A DNA stretch of 62,738 nucleotides, filler included, from Asterionella formosa (Eukaryota): NCBI GenBank assembly GCA_002256025.1. It is 8 parts of 8 records of this genome, joined end to end, with 100 filler letters (N's around TTAATTAATTAA, not from the genome) between each part and the next. Parts side by side here need not be neighbours in the genome. Positions count along the whole stretch, not along the records: positions 26,321 to 52,531 come from NKIB01001790.1; 7 more parts are not named here. One strand, 5' to 3'. Positions 34,758-46,950 of the stretch are shown here, piece after piece (position 1 is the first letter of the stretch; the number at the start of each line of letters is the position of its first letter). Position numbers and translations under genes: made by a program. The notes below the pieces were generated by a model that saw only the letters and a program-made list of their open reading frames with translations, had not been told where the DNA came from and did no database searches.

Positions 34758-36560
34758 ATGAGCCATGATGATTGCAACAAGTCGGACGACTTGCAAGTAT
34801 TACTACCACAAGATCAGGGTTCGTGCGCCCAATATAATGGTTCCGAAAACTTGCGTGAAACAGACTTGCAAGTAAACGACAAGCAGGTTAACCTGCAGGA
34901 TGAAGATGGGGAAATGATGGAGAACAATGTTGAGGATTGGTTAGCGAAACATCTTGAACAAGCCGAAGCCGAACGTTCCTTGGTGTCGTCTCAACACATA
35001 TCAGTCACTCAAGAAGTACTCGTTGTGGAGGAAGACTGTATTCACAATGAGGCCCCAGCAACTGCGCATACTCTGGTTGTTGTGTCACAAACAAGTAGCA
35101 GCAGTGCTGAAGCCAACAACGCTGATGTCGACCTGGAGAGTTATGGCACTCAAACAAGGAATGGGAATCAATATTACGCAGAAAACGAGGACATTTACAC
35201 TGCAGAAATAGCAACAACCCCGGTTGACGAATTAGTCATTGAAGGGGTGAGAGCAAAAGATCCACGATTTCGGCGAGTCTTGATATTTGTTGGATCAATA
35301 GTCCTTGCTTCAATAGTAGCAGTTGCAGCCGCCATGATTGCTACTAAAGTTGCTGGTTCAGCCCCCCAAGCCACTGTATCTGCAGGTACAGTAACTAACA
35401 CTGCTGCGAATCAAACTTTGGTTCCAATTTCTACTCAATACAATGGTACCTCGTCACTTCCTCCTGAAGTTGTTGACACAGTCGCACCGACAAGTGCCCC
35501 AACAGAAGCGAATTTGAATTGGACCATTGCAGATAAACTTCGCAGTGTTACAGGGCAAGGGCCATCTGTTGCAACTACTAAAGCTGGTGACATTTTCATT
35601 AAAATGATTGCTCGAACAGACACTAAATTCACCTACTTTGGTGTTAGCATGAAAGCTAATCTTCTGGACGCGGTTCCATTATCGTTCATCTCTCGATTCT
35701 ATTTGCCACTATGGAACGGCCATGTGGTACGCACTTCCCTGCTGAAGTGTGTTTATTTTGTCCTTCATTCGTCATCAGCCAGTGTACTAACAAATGCCAT
35801 ATTTTCAACTTTGCAGCTGGACACAATGTACGCTGTTACCGTCGAGGGTCAAGAGGTGTATGTGGACAACATGTACAATGGGATGGTGCTAATGTCCATG
35901 GCTGGTTATCCTCTTGAAGTTCAACTTGACCCTGTACGGATTAACAATGTTTCCATGTCAGAGATACAACGAGACTGGCATTTTAAGAATGGAGCCATGC
36001 ATATCATCCTTGATTATTTCCATCCAATGGTTCCCTGGATCGGAAAATCGTCATTGGATGTGTTGCTCCAAACCAACCAAGAGCTCAATGGTACCCTATC
36101 TATCTTTATTTCACTGATTAATTCTTGGCCTTTCCTCAAAAACCAGCTTCAGCTGCAAAAAGAAAACATCAATGCTACAACACTATTTGCTCCTACCAAC
36201 AATGCGCTTATTTATGATACAGATGCGAATCTGACTGCCATGATTTCCAATGCTACACGCAGTCCAATTATGAATCAAAGTAATGCTGAGATCGACCTCA
36301 CATTACAACAGTTTTTACTCAATCACATTGTAACTGGTAACTTTGCCCAACGTTGCTGGTGGGATCACATCCCAGTTTGTATCAACGCAAGCTTCCTAGA
36401 GCTGAAGCTTGAATCTCAAGCAGGACAAGTGTTATCAATTCTGGCAATTAACAACATGATGATTACCATGAATGGTAATGTAAAAATTATCAAGGAAGAT
36501 GTATTTTCCGAGCAAGGAGTGGTTCATGTAATTGACAAACCACTATGGAGAACCTTTTGA
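34758..36560 (+). CDS. Membrane-anchored fasciclin (FAS1) domain protein with a probable in-frame intron at 35727-35816
   Basis: TM segment VLIFVGSIVLASIVAVAAAMIA. FAS1 motifs TLFAPTNNA, LLNHIV and GVVHVIDKPL. Intron has GTACGC, TACTAAC and TTGCAG. Confidence 0.85.
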   Translation: MSHDDCNKSDDLQVLLPQDQGSCAQYNGSENLRETDLQVNDKQVNLQDEDGEMMENNVEDWLAKHLEQAEAERSLVSSQHISVTQEVLVVEEDCIHNEAPATAHTLVVVSQTSSSSAEANNADVDLESYGTQTRNGNQYYAENEDIYTAEIATTPVDELVIEGVRAKDPRFRRVLIFVGSIVLASIVAVAAAMIATKVAGSAPQATVSAGTVTNTAANQTLVPISTQYNGTSSLPPEVVDTVAPTSAPTEANLNWTIADKLRSVTGQGPSVATTKAGDIFIKMIARTDTKFTYFGVSMKANLLDAVPLSFISRFYLPLWNGHVVRTSLLKCVYFVLHSSSASVLTNAIFSTLQLDTMYAVTVEGQEVYVDNMYNGMVLMSMAGYPLEVQLDPVRINNVSMSEIQRDWHFKNGAMHIILDYFHPMVPWIGKSSLDVLLQTNQELNGTLSIFISLINSWPFLKNQLQLQKENINATTLFAPTNNALIYDTDANLTAMISNATRSPIMNQSNAEIDLTLQQFLLNHIVTGNFAQRCWWDHIPVCINASFLELKLESQAGQVLSILAINNMMITMNGNVKIIKEDVFSEQGVVHVIDKPLWRTF

Positions 36561-37531
36561 TGAGAATATCATGATAGTGAATACCGACCGAAATGGATGG
36601 TTTCCTTATTTTGACACAGCGGATATACCTATAGGACAGCAATTAGAAGGAACTATTGCATGCACAGGCAATCTGATTCTCTACAAAGTCTTTGAATAAA
36701 CAAGAATTGCTACCAATGATTTTTCTAGCAACTGTTTCTTCTCTAATTTTTATATATGCTTCTGTTAATTCGTTCAATGTATCTTGCATTTCAACTACTT
36801 TAGCAGAAATAGTGACAACCATTTGGCCATCCTCCAACAGCTGGTCTCAACAACTGCTGTTCATCATCATAGTTTGTGATCATCTCCCCAGGTAAGTTCA
36901 TGAATCTCTCCAGTACCATCATAGTTTGCAGTCCCCTCTGTTGTTAGTAGTTGACTCACAGCATGTTGCTCCTCATCTTGTCCATTGCTCTTCTTGAACT
37001 GCAAATCAATTATGTATGATTTTTTTGCTGGTCACGAGGGGGGGGGGAAGTGTGTTCCATATGTACTGGTAATCATATCTCTGTCTGAAGGTTGAATGAG
37101 TTGTTGTTTATCAAGGTAGAATGAGTTGCAATGCCAGCAGTACCACTTCGTACTATGCATGTGGTCGTCATGATCCAACATATTATTATAGGCAAATACA
37201 TAAAACGTGAGCGAAGCGATATTACCGGTACTTATTATGCAGCTACACGTATGTTTGAATATATATGTATGTCAAATATATGTGCAATTTTGTGTTCTCC
37301 AAAGAAGACCATTCGCCCTTCAGTATCATTTGTACATCTCCCCCGGTGTATATATGTAAATATCAACAACAACCAAAAGTAAGAAAGACCAAGGCGCCGA
37401 GCACATGTGTGAATTACATAAAAGCAAATGGGATAAAAATAGTGCGACATTTGTCATCTCATGTCAAAATTAGTACATAAAAAGAGTACATGTAGAACGA
37501 TCAAAGAAAACCAAACAAGGCAAAAGAACGA

Positions 37532-38746
37532 ATGAAAGGATTGCGAAATCATCATTCTCATCATTATGATCGTAATGCGTGGGAGAACTTGTTAGAAACA
37601 GATTCGATGACAACTACTGACAAAGACGACGCTACTGCTCTGGGCATACAACAACAACAACAACAACAACAACAGAAAAAGCAACAGCAGCAGCAACAAC
37701 AACAACAACAACAACAGAAACACGCCTTGAAAACTCGTGCTGCTCGTATGAGTCGAGATGCTTCTATTGCCAATGACAAAAATAATAATGATGATGATGG
37801 TACAGTTCGTCTTGAGAATCGAAAATCCCTTCCATTACGTATTGGGGTCTTGGGATTATTATGTATAGCATCGTTTGCAACGTCCAATCGTATTATTGAT
37901 GTCTTTCATTTGCAACCATTGGTCATGGAAGATACAATAACAACAGCAGCAGCAACAACAACAATTCAATATAGCATGGCAAAAGCACCAGTAGAAACAG
38001 AACGATTTACAGCAATTCGGAATGTGGTACTATCCATATCGTCCATCGAGTCCTTAACTCAACTGCATACACCACAAAATAAGGCGCTAGACTGGATTGC
38101 TAACCAAGACACGTTAGAACTGGAACCTTTGGATCATCGTTTGATACAACGATATACTTTGGCAGTCTTATTCTTTGCTACGAATGATATGGAACTTGGC
38201 GGGTGGACGAAACAGTTCCGTTGGTTAACACCAGAACATGAGTGTGAATGGAAGGACCAAGGAGGGGTCCGAGCGTGCAATCCCAATCAACAAGTGACAG
38301 ATATATCACTTTGGAACAATCTAAAAGGGACATTGCCTGTCGAGTTGGGGTCGCTTACGAAATTGCAAGTCTTGTACTTGGCACGCAATCAACTACATGG
38401 CACGATTCCTACTGAATTTGGGAAACTGACCGATCTTGTCTACTTGGGGTTGCAGTTCAATAGTCTGACTGGAACCATTCCAGCAAACTATTTCGGAGGA
38501 TTGACTAACTTAAGTACCCTGTACTTGGAAAAGAATGATTTGACGGGAATCATACAACGAATTGAACCATTGTGCAAACTAAGGTTGCACGCAAGAACGC
38601 AACGGCCCCGTTCAGGAAAAGCTCAGCATACTACTAGTCCTTCTAGAGGGAAATTGCAACAATTTACGACTGATTGTCGACAGCTTGTGAAATGGAAAAA
38701 TCCGGAAGTTACTTGTGAATGTTGCACAAAGTGCTTTGCAGCATAA
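37532..38746 (+). CDS. Diatom-type membrane-anchored LRR protein with polyQ
   Basis: TPQNKALDWI...LIQRYTLAVLFFAT...HECEW cap; plant-type LRRs (LxxNxLxGTIP); C-terminal CECCTKC. Confidence 0.88.
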   Translation: MKGLRNHHSHHYDRNAWENLLETDSMTTTDKDDATALGIQQQQQQQQQKKQQQQQQQQQQQQKHALKTRAARMSRDASIANDKNNNDDDGTVRLENRKSLPLRIGVLGLLCIASFATSNRIIDVFHLQPLVMEDTITTAAATTTIQYSMAKAPVETERFTAIRNVVLSISSIESLTQLHTPQNKALDWIANQDTLELEPLDHRLIQRYTLAVLFFATNDMELGGWTKQFRWLTPEHECEWKDQGGVRACNPNQQVTDISLWNNLKGTLPVELGSLTKLQVLYLARNQLHGTIPTEFGKLTDLVYLGLQFNSLTGTIPANYFGGLTNLSTLYLEKNDLTGIIQRIEPLCKLRLHARTQRPRSGKAQHTTSPSRGKLQQFTTDCRQLVKWKNPEVTCECCTKCFAA

Positions 38747-39304
38747 ATTGGCTGCCATGCGTTTTTTAGTACTCTCATCGTTGGTCAATGAATATTGCTT
38801 GCAATAATGAATTCGGAATCCAACATGAGGACTATACCCAGTTTTAGTTGTGTCATGAGTAGATTCGATTGATGAACAAATGGTTGTGGTTTTACTTTAA
38901 TCCATGTCAAGATTGAGAATATTACATGAAAGGGTTGTCCACTTCGTTGGCATAAAGACGGAAACGAACAAAAAAGCTGCAGAAACATAAAGTATTATTG
39001 GATAGTGGGATAGTCAAGACCTGTCGCCATTTTCGGTACAGCATGCTACGTGCATGACTTTCAGCAATTGACTTGCTTACACCATGCTTCAAGAGGTGTT
39101 AAACAAAGATATTAAAGCTATTTATATTCCAACTCAAAGAGACAATGAACTACCGATATAAGTTTGTTTAGTATTATATAATTTCTTGATTATAATGGTA
39201 TACGTTGTCACTATTCTACTATACCATGAAACTATCATTAGCGTGGGTTTTCTCATTTTCGGCCTTTTTTGTTTCGCTGGTGTACGAAATTTGTTTTCAT
39301 TCAT

Positions 39305-40670
39305 TTACTTCTTTGCCTTCTCGCCCTTCAATTTGCTGAGTTCTTTCATTTCTAATTCAAGCTTTGACCTTGCTTGTTGAATTTCCTTAGCAGACTTTTC
39401 CTTCAAAATTGCAGATTCGGCCTCCTTCTTCTTCAGAGCCGCAATGCTTTGTTCCTTGGCCTTGACCAATTTCGCCTTTTCTTCAGCTGCTTTCTTCGCT
39501 GCTGCCGCCTGCTGAGCAGCCTTTTCTGCTGCCGCCTTGGCAGCTTCCTTATCTTTCTTAGCCTTGATTTCGGCATTCTTCTTGGCAAGTATCTTGGCTT
39601 CCTTTTCTTTCTTGGCCTTGATTTCGGCTGCCACCTTTTCTTCCTTATCCGCTTGAATCTTGCGTTTGGTACTCAATTCTACTGTTTTCTTGGCAGCAGT
39701 GGCTTGTTGTTCTGCCCCCGATAGTGCCTTGGCAGTCAAGGCTCGTGCTGCCTTCATGTCCTTGAGTGAGTCTTCTGTGACTTGAAGGGCACTACGTGAT
39801 GCTCCTGTTCAAGCATGGAAATAGAAAGTTAGTATAGTAAGTACAATTGGTATCACAAAGTCATGTCCAACGATACTGAGGGCACTTTGATGCCTCTGTC
39901 ATCAAATCTTAAAAAATACCAGTGTATATATTGTCATATATATATATATGGTTGTACACACACACAACAACAATAGAAAGCAAAAACAACGTACCAACTT
40001 TAGTAGCAATCGCATCAATGGCCTTGATATTCTTGTTCTTGGCCTTGGCATTCATTAATTTATCATTCTCTGATGCCAATGTAGCCTTGGCTGCCTTCAC
40101 TTTAGCTTCTGCAGTCACAACAGCCGATTTGGCTTTGTCATCTGCAGCTTTAGCTGTATTTAAATTAGTAACTGCTGTAGCATATGATTTTGTGGCAGCA
40201 TCTAAAAGTACTTTGGGTGTTGGTCGAGTAGTACTGGTAGAGGTAGAAGTGGTAGTACGTGATTTCTCTGCAACATACTTTTTGGTACCAGCGTCCAATG
40301 GAGATTTAGGATTGGAAGCAGAGGCAGAGACAGCAGCAGCATTCTTGGAATCTTTCGTGGTCATCTTCTTTGTAGTAGTAGTAGTAGCAACCACGTCAGA
40401 TGATGTACTACTGGTAGCGGTAGTAGTACTAGGAGTCACCGCAAAAGCCATGACGGGACAAGACAAGGAACCAAGGGCAAATACAGTTCCAGTCACAAAG
40501 GAGGCAAGTTGTCGTTCTGGATCCAATGATGGTTCTTCTTGCATGCGAATGGCATCAATAAAGGGAATTCTAGTATTGGCCCTTGCTGATGAAGGCACAA
40601 AGGCAGAAGCGCCATTCTTACTCAAGGCACTGCTGAGCGCAACGCCAATAGTAATAGAGACAATCTTCAT
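39305..40670 (-). CDS. Plastid (possibly thylakoid) Ala/Lys-rich coiled-coil protein; 2 exons (40670-39995, 39804-39305)
   Basis: ASAFVP motif, then a second hydrophobic segment ending AFA. Intron 39805-39994 joins the two ORFs in frame. Confidence 0.82.
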
Positions 40671-41568
40671 TGTAAATAAATAAGCGAAGAATGTTCAACT
40701 GAATAAAGGCGATGAGATGGGAGCGATGAAAGGAAATACAGGTATATGTGTATATCTAAGGCAGACTGAAACGGATGAACTGTCGCAGTGGTAGAATTTT
40801 GGCAATGGATTAGAGTCAACTAATACCAGCCATGTAGACTAGACTACCAGGTACCTGGTACCGGTATTACGCCAATGCTGGAGCGAGAGGAGATTCGCAA
40901 CCCTTGAGTTTCTCGTATAAAATCGAACGACAAGAAAAGCGGCGAGGATAACCCTACCGGGTACTACCTGGTAACGGTATGCTGCCCGCTGATGCATAAC
41001 AATGTGGTGGACGATCTTTTCAAAATTAAATCATCATCATGATTTGATTGATACACAGTATGATGTTCAACATGGGATCATTGCGCGCAGCGATTTGCGC
41101 AAGTCATACAGTCAACTTGGTCAAATTTAGTAACTCGGTAGGGACTGGTGGTACCAGTACTGGTACTGCTGCTGGTGCTGGTGCTCAGGTACCTGGTACT
41201 ACTGTCCGGAGTGCACTGGACCGTTGGTACCTACGCATTCATACCAGTATGTAACACATTAAGAATAATGGTATGCAACACATAAAGAAAATAAATATAA
41301 GACATCTTAGATTAGGATACCGGTAAATAAAAATAACCTGCATTTTATCTATTTCAGCATATATTATATGATTCATCAAGTAAATTGCTGCAAGAAATTC
41401 ACATGATGAGCGACGAAGCAAAGCAACAAAACAACACTATTTTCCAAAACCGCCGCTACCGGTTATTAATTTTCATCGACAGCAACCCGTTTCGTCTCTC
41501 GTGTCGTTCCTCTGTTTGAGAGAATTCCTTTCACAAATCACAACTCTCGAGTAAATTCTCGTTTTTGC

Positions 41569-42228
41569 ATGAGGTAAGTAAGTAGTGGGTTGTAGAGTGT
41601 ATGTTGAACGGTATTCTACTTCTACTTTCTTTGACATATATTTAAATTCCTTGCTTTTTTATTTTGCTCACACAAACACACCCACATCATGTTGTATTTT
41701 ATTACATACAATAGAGTTTTGGTTCACGCTCTAGCTCTATCATCGTCACGGGCATTTCTCATTGCTCCTACTAGTAGTAGTATCCGTCATTTTACTACTA
41801 CGTCAATTCATAACAACATGAATGACGAAGTAAGCAAGGCTCATCAGGCAGCAGCAGCAGCAAGTACAGAAATTGCCGACACTGGTGCTCCAACAGTCTT
41901 TGATAAAATTCTATCTGGAGAATGGTCGTCAACCAAGGTATATGAGGATACTCAATGTTTAGCATTTCGTGACATTACTCCTCAAGCACCGGTTCATATA
42001 TTGGTGATTCCTAAACATAGGAATGGATTAACGAAATTAAGTCAAGCCAATGAATCACACAAGGAACTTTTGGGACATTTGATGTATATTGCACAAAAGG
42101 TTGGAAAGGAAGAATGTCCAGATGGATTTAGAGTTGTTATTAATGATGGAGCTGATGGAGCACAATCAGTCTTTCATTTGCATCTTCATGTGTTGGGAGG
42201 ACGACAAATGAAATGGCCACCAGGGTGA
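41569..42228 (+). CDS. HINT-type histidine triad nucleotide-binding protein with organellar presequence; 5-nt first coding exon (41569-41573) plus 41715-42228
   Basis: PTVFDKI, AFRDITPQAPVHILVIPK and QSVFHLHLHVLGGRQMKWPPG. ATGAG|gtaagt...atag|A restores MRVLVHALALSSSRAFL. Confidence 0.9.
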
Positions 42229-42746
42229 ATCCACAGGACCCCGTGTTTTACAATGTAGATACGTGGACATTTTGCAAAACTATAGATGTAATACACACGA
42301 ATAAATACTGTAGGAGTGAACTAGAAAGTAACAACAACGTTTAGCACACGGTTTGCAACATTCTTGCTTTGGGCAAAAAATGTACACAAGTGCAACACAC
42401 AATAAACCATCAAAATGACTGAATTCGTGATTACTGCTGGTTCTGTAAATATGACTTTTGATTGACAGCATACCGGTACTGTACAGTACTCCAGTAGCAC
42501 TCGAAAATTTCAATCATCACCGGTAGTAGTATTGGGGGAGAAGCTCGTAGTATGATACCAGCATGCTCGGGCGGCGGCAGAATGATGGTTCAGTTCATCA
42601 AACGACCGGTACATGAAATGAAAATTTCATTCTCTCGTTGGGACAATACCACAAGAAAATTTCTCAAGAAAAGGAAATGTATTATAAGTACAAAGTGTTA
42701 CGATTACGGCTTCCATAAAAACAAAACGATCCACCAGTTTGCCATA

Positions 42747-43586
42747 ATGTCATCAAAAAAAGCCGTGGCAGCATGCGTCAATGTGGGAAGGAAACGACAT
42801 CAAAACCAACAAAAGGTCCTAAAGCCTCTCATTGTGTTTCAAAAAATAGCCATGATGGCGTGCTTCAACGTTGGAGGGAAACGATATGAAGTGTCTAGAT
42901 ATCTGTTAGAGAAGCATCCTGATTCCATGTTGGCTCGCAGATTTTCAGAGCAATTGCACAAGGCGGGTCCCGACGATGCGGAAATCTTTATTGAGCGTAA
43001 TGGCGAGCGCTTCCAGTATGTTTTAGATTACCTTCGCGATGGCGGACGAGTGTTTCTTCCACAAACTGAGACCAAGGGAGCACTGTTGGCTGATCTAGAG
43101 TATTATGGTATTCCGTTCACCGACAACGACAAGATTGCATATGATCATTCATGTATGGATCAAGCACAAAAAGAAATGCAAGTAAACTTCCAGGATTGGG
43201 AAATCGACATTGATGGTTGTAAAATTGACATTCAGGAGAGCGATAACAAACTCGCAGGCATTGCATTGGCCAAGGACTGTTTGTCCAGTTATTATGCTGC
43301 CCGTGAGCTTTTGTTTGTTGTGAATTATGACAACGGCAGCAACCAAGTATTTGCAAACCTTGTTGAGAGTTACTTCAATCAATTAATATCCGCCGGGAAC
43401 AGAGAGAAACGAATTGTTTGGTGCAATGTGTATCTTCACACATTAGGACTGAAAGTCCTTGCCATTTCGTGGGAGAGGTTCTTATTTCATGATTATAATA
43501 ATAGCGAGAACGAACGTCCAATCAAAGTACAAATGGGTTTTGTTACAGATCAAGATTCTTGCATTCAAAACCCTAACACGAACTAG
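42747..43586 (+). CDS. BTB/POZ (KCTD-type) domain protein; start may be 42852
   Basis: FNVGGKRYEVSR...PDSMLA...IFIERNGERFQYVLDYLRDG. Confidence 0.9.
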   Translation: MSSKKAVAACVNVGRKRHQNQQKVLKPLIVFQKIAMMACFNVGGKRYEVSRYLLEKHPDSMLARRFSEQLHKAGPDDAEIFIERNGERFQYVLDYLRDGGRVFLPQTETKGALLADLEYYGIPFTDNDKIAYDHSCMDQAQKEMQVNFQDWEIDIDGCKIDIQESDNKLAGIALAKDCLSSYYAARELLFVVNYDNGSNQVFANLVESYFNQLISAGNREKRIVWCNVYLHTLGLKVLAISWERFLFHDYNNSENERPIKVQMGFVTDQDSCIQNPNTN

Positions 43587-46452
43587 GGTTTAACATATCT
43601 GTGTTGATTCATAAAATATAATCAAACACTAAAGTTGTAAAAAATAAAAATAAAAACAGAACTTTCTTATCACACATTCCATATGCATAGCTAGATACAG
43701 TTATTTGTCAACATTATACAACATCTGACAAGAAAAGGCAGAAAGGAACTTCTCTTAATTACTATACTAAAACTATTTGAAAATGGGAGCTCAAACAGAT
43801 TTTTCAACATGGTAATGACCCAAAGTTCCTTTCATCAATTTGTCACCAGAAGTTATACACTGATGTTTTATGAAAGGTTTTTACCTATGCATTTTCTTCA
43901 TCACCAAACCCAGCCAATGTTGAGCAATCCTTGTCTGCGATGATGTCTGCAGAATTGACCTTCCCATCATGGTGGTCAACAAAATAGTAGATCCAGCAGA
44001 ATTTCTAAATACCACCAAGCAAACTTCCTTGTCGGAATCAGAATCTTGCTTGGGACGTCATTTTCTCGTTCTTTCTCCATAACAATTCAGCAAGGTAAAT
44101 TCCTGCATCAATACTTATAATCTGATTGGTTAAGTTGAATTTAGATATCCCATCTTAATTGGCACCACTATTTTGGCAGTTAGGAAGGAATGGCTTACTA
44201 GTGGTAAAGTACACGGCCTTTGATCTGAAGTAGTAGTGAGGTCCAATTCATGTTGTTTACAAAACAATAGTTAATTTACCGATACCTTGCGACTTCATTG
44301 GAAACAGTATAAGGAACGGTGCTGAACATAAGGCCGAAAGACACGGTAGGTCAATTGAATATGCCAAAATATTGTTCAATTGTTGGGTTGACAGTAACTG
44401 AATGCGTGCATTCTCTTCAAGTGTTTATTTGCTCACCTGTATATGCATACTTGTGGGGACAAATTCAATGTGAAGAAATGACGGTCATGGTAAGTGCTGT
44501 CGTTGGATCAATGCTCACAAGAATCACCCGTTAGAACATAAGTAACACATCCTTTTAATTCTATCAGGGTAAATTGTATACAAAGAGTATATATGGAAGT
44601 TCTGAACATCAATGTCTTCACGATTTATTGAGGAATATGGAAACTGAACATGGATTTGTATCATTGTTGCGGTAAGTGACCATAGTACCATCATGATTGG
44701 AACTGCCTGTTGTATTAAAAACTAGACAAGACAAGCCTAACACACAATTCCTTCCCATTAGTTAATACAGTGAAAAATCGAAATGGATCGTTTGACACAT
44801 TGTGATGGGAAAACCTGTGTGACGGAATACATCTATTCATGGTAAGTGAAAATAGAAGGGAACTGCATGTTGTTGCATAAGAATAAAATGACTAACATGT
44901 ATTTGCTTCGCAGTTGTTACAACATTAACATGAATACTAATAATGAAGGAAAGCTCTGATACGGAGTACAAGGGAATGAGGAGAGGCAAACCGCCGCCAT
45001 CAGCAACATCAGTTTATCCTTCAGAATCAGACAAGTACAAGGGAAAGGACAAAGTGGGCAGTTACAGTTGTGTCAGAAACGGGGTAGCAGGGAAGCAGCA
45101 GACAAGAAAATGAACAGGAGTGAGATGGTGTGAGATAGCTGTTTATATAGATAGATTGAAACAATTCTAAATTTAATAGATTAACAATCCGTTTCCACAT
45201 ATTTTGGGCAAATACTTCATAGAGATACGATGGTAATAATATGGCCATAAGATGAACAAATACACAATAAAGGATGTAGCTACGGTAAATCGATGATGGT
45301 CTTGTAAATACAATTAGTAATTCATGGTCATGAGAAGAGCGATTTTAATTCAAAGAGAAGTAGTGATTTCGACTTGAGTTGTTGTTACTCAGCCAATTAC
45401 TGTATTTGTATGATTACTTTGTGGTTACCATTATGAGTCAATATGGATCAAAATTAGAACAATATGATCAAATATTATAAGTATAAACATGCTTATCAAA
45501 TATTCATATATAAAGTATGTACCTGTAACACAAATAACAAAATGCATATCATGCAAAGAAAAATTCTGTGCCAGTTATTGTACAATACCAGACGCAAGCA
45601 TAATGTATGTTACTAGTACATGCATGTCGTATCCAGCCAGTTGTTGTTGTGCAAAAGGTATGATTCCAATCAATTTTGGAGCAGTAACTATGTAGCAAGA
45701 GGCAGACCACCAGCCAGCTCGACTCCTAAAAATGCCAAGATGTCTTAGCTAGATACTAGTGGCTGGACTGTTTGAATAGTATTCTTGTTGATACTTTCCT
45801 TGACATGACCAGGAAGATTCAGATCCATCTGCCTTCCGTGCTTTTAAAATCCAGGGGTGTTGATGGCATAGTAATGATTTTAAAATATGAAAAATTACCA
45901 TCTATTACTAAATCCACCCGGGTTCACCTAGTATTGTGTATAAGCTTCTGCCGTGTTAGTTTTATAATATCAATTCTTTTCTTTGTCACACCAAAATCCT
46001 TTCTTTGGCTGTGACAAAACCAAAAAAAATCCTATTTTCAATGTTTATCACATTTTTTATACCAGGTACCTGGTACCAGGATACCCACCTATCAGTATTA
46101 TACGGTATATGAACCTCATTCTGAACAGAATATTCCGTGAGGCATATATATATAGGTATATATACCGGAATATTAGATCACAAAACTCTATCATGTGTTT
46201 CTTGACACCTAGGTACCGGAAGTTACTTTCAAGTCTATTCTCTGGACGCATTTCTCAACTATCAAGATGCGGCCGCTGCCTCCCTTCAAACCTTGAAGCT
46301 TCATTCTATTTCTTAAGTAGGTTCGATATTGTAAAGAATGTAAAGAAACCTTGAGAGGGACCGACCCATGACGACAGGATATCAGCATTTACGAAACACA
46401 AAAACAACGACTTGTCGAATCTTGTTATTTTACATTATTTTTGTGTATCATC

Positions 46453-46950
46453 ATGTCCAAACCTACTGCCATGGTTGTGCGCTTCAATGTGGGAGGGAAA
46501 CGTTATGAAGTGTCTCGATCACTGTTGGAGATGCATCCTGATACCATGTTGGCTCGCAGTGCTTCAGTACAGTGGCAGACGGATCCCGAGGTGGAAATAT
46601 TTATAGAGCGCAACGGAGATCGCTTCCAGTACGTTTTAGACTACCTTCGCGATGACGGGCGTGTCTTTGTTCCAGTGACACTAGCCAGGGAAGCACTTTT
46701 GGCTGATTTGCACTATTATGGTATAACTGGTGTTGACAAGGCCAAGATTGTTGCATGCAAGCTGTCCAGTAGTGGTGGACAATCCATGTTTCATGAGATG
46801 CATCGGCATGTGTCTGAAAGTATTGAAGGCTGGCAAAAGGAAATTGATGCTATCAAGATTCAGCAGGCTTGTTTGCAATTGTCAACAACGTGTACTTCCC
46901 ATTACGTGGTGAGAAAGAATTATTGGTCATGTGAAAAAAGGTCGTTTTAA
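46453..46950 (+). CDS. BTB/POZ (KCTD-type) paralog, C-terminally shortened
   Basis: FNVGGKRYEVSR...IFIERNGDRFQYVLDYLRDDG; clear paralog of the gene at 42747. Confidence 0.82.
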   Translation: MSKPTAMVVRFNVGGKRYEVSRSLLEMHPDTMLARSASVQWQTDPEVEIFIERNGDRFQYVLDYLRDDGRVFVPVTLAREALLADLHYYGITGVDKAKIVACKLSSSGGQSMFHEMHRHVSESIEGWQKEIDAIKIQQACLQLSTTCTSHYVVRKNYWSCEKRSF

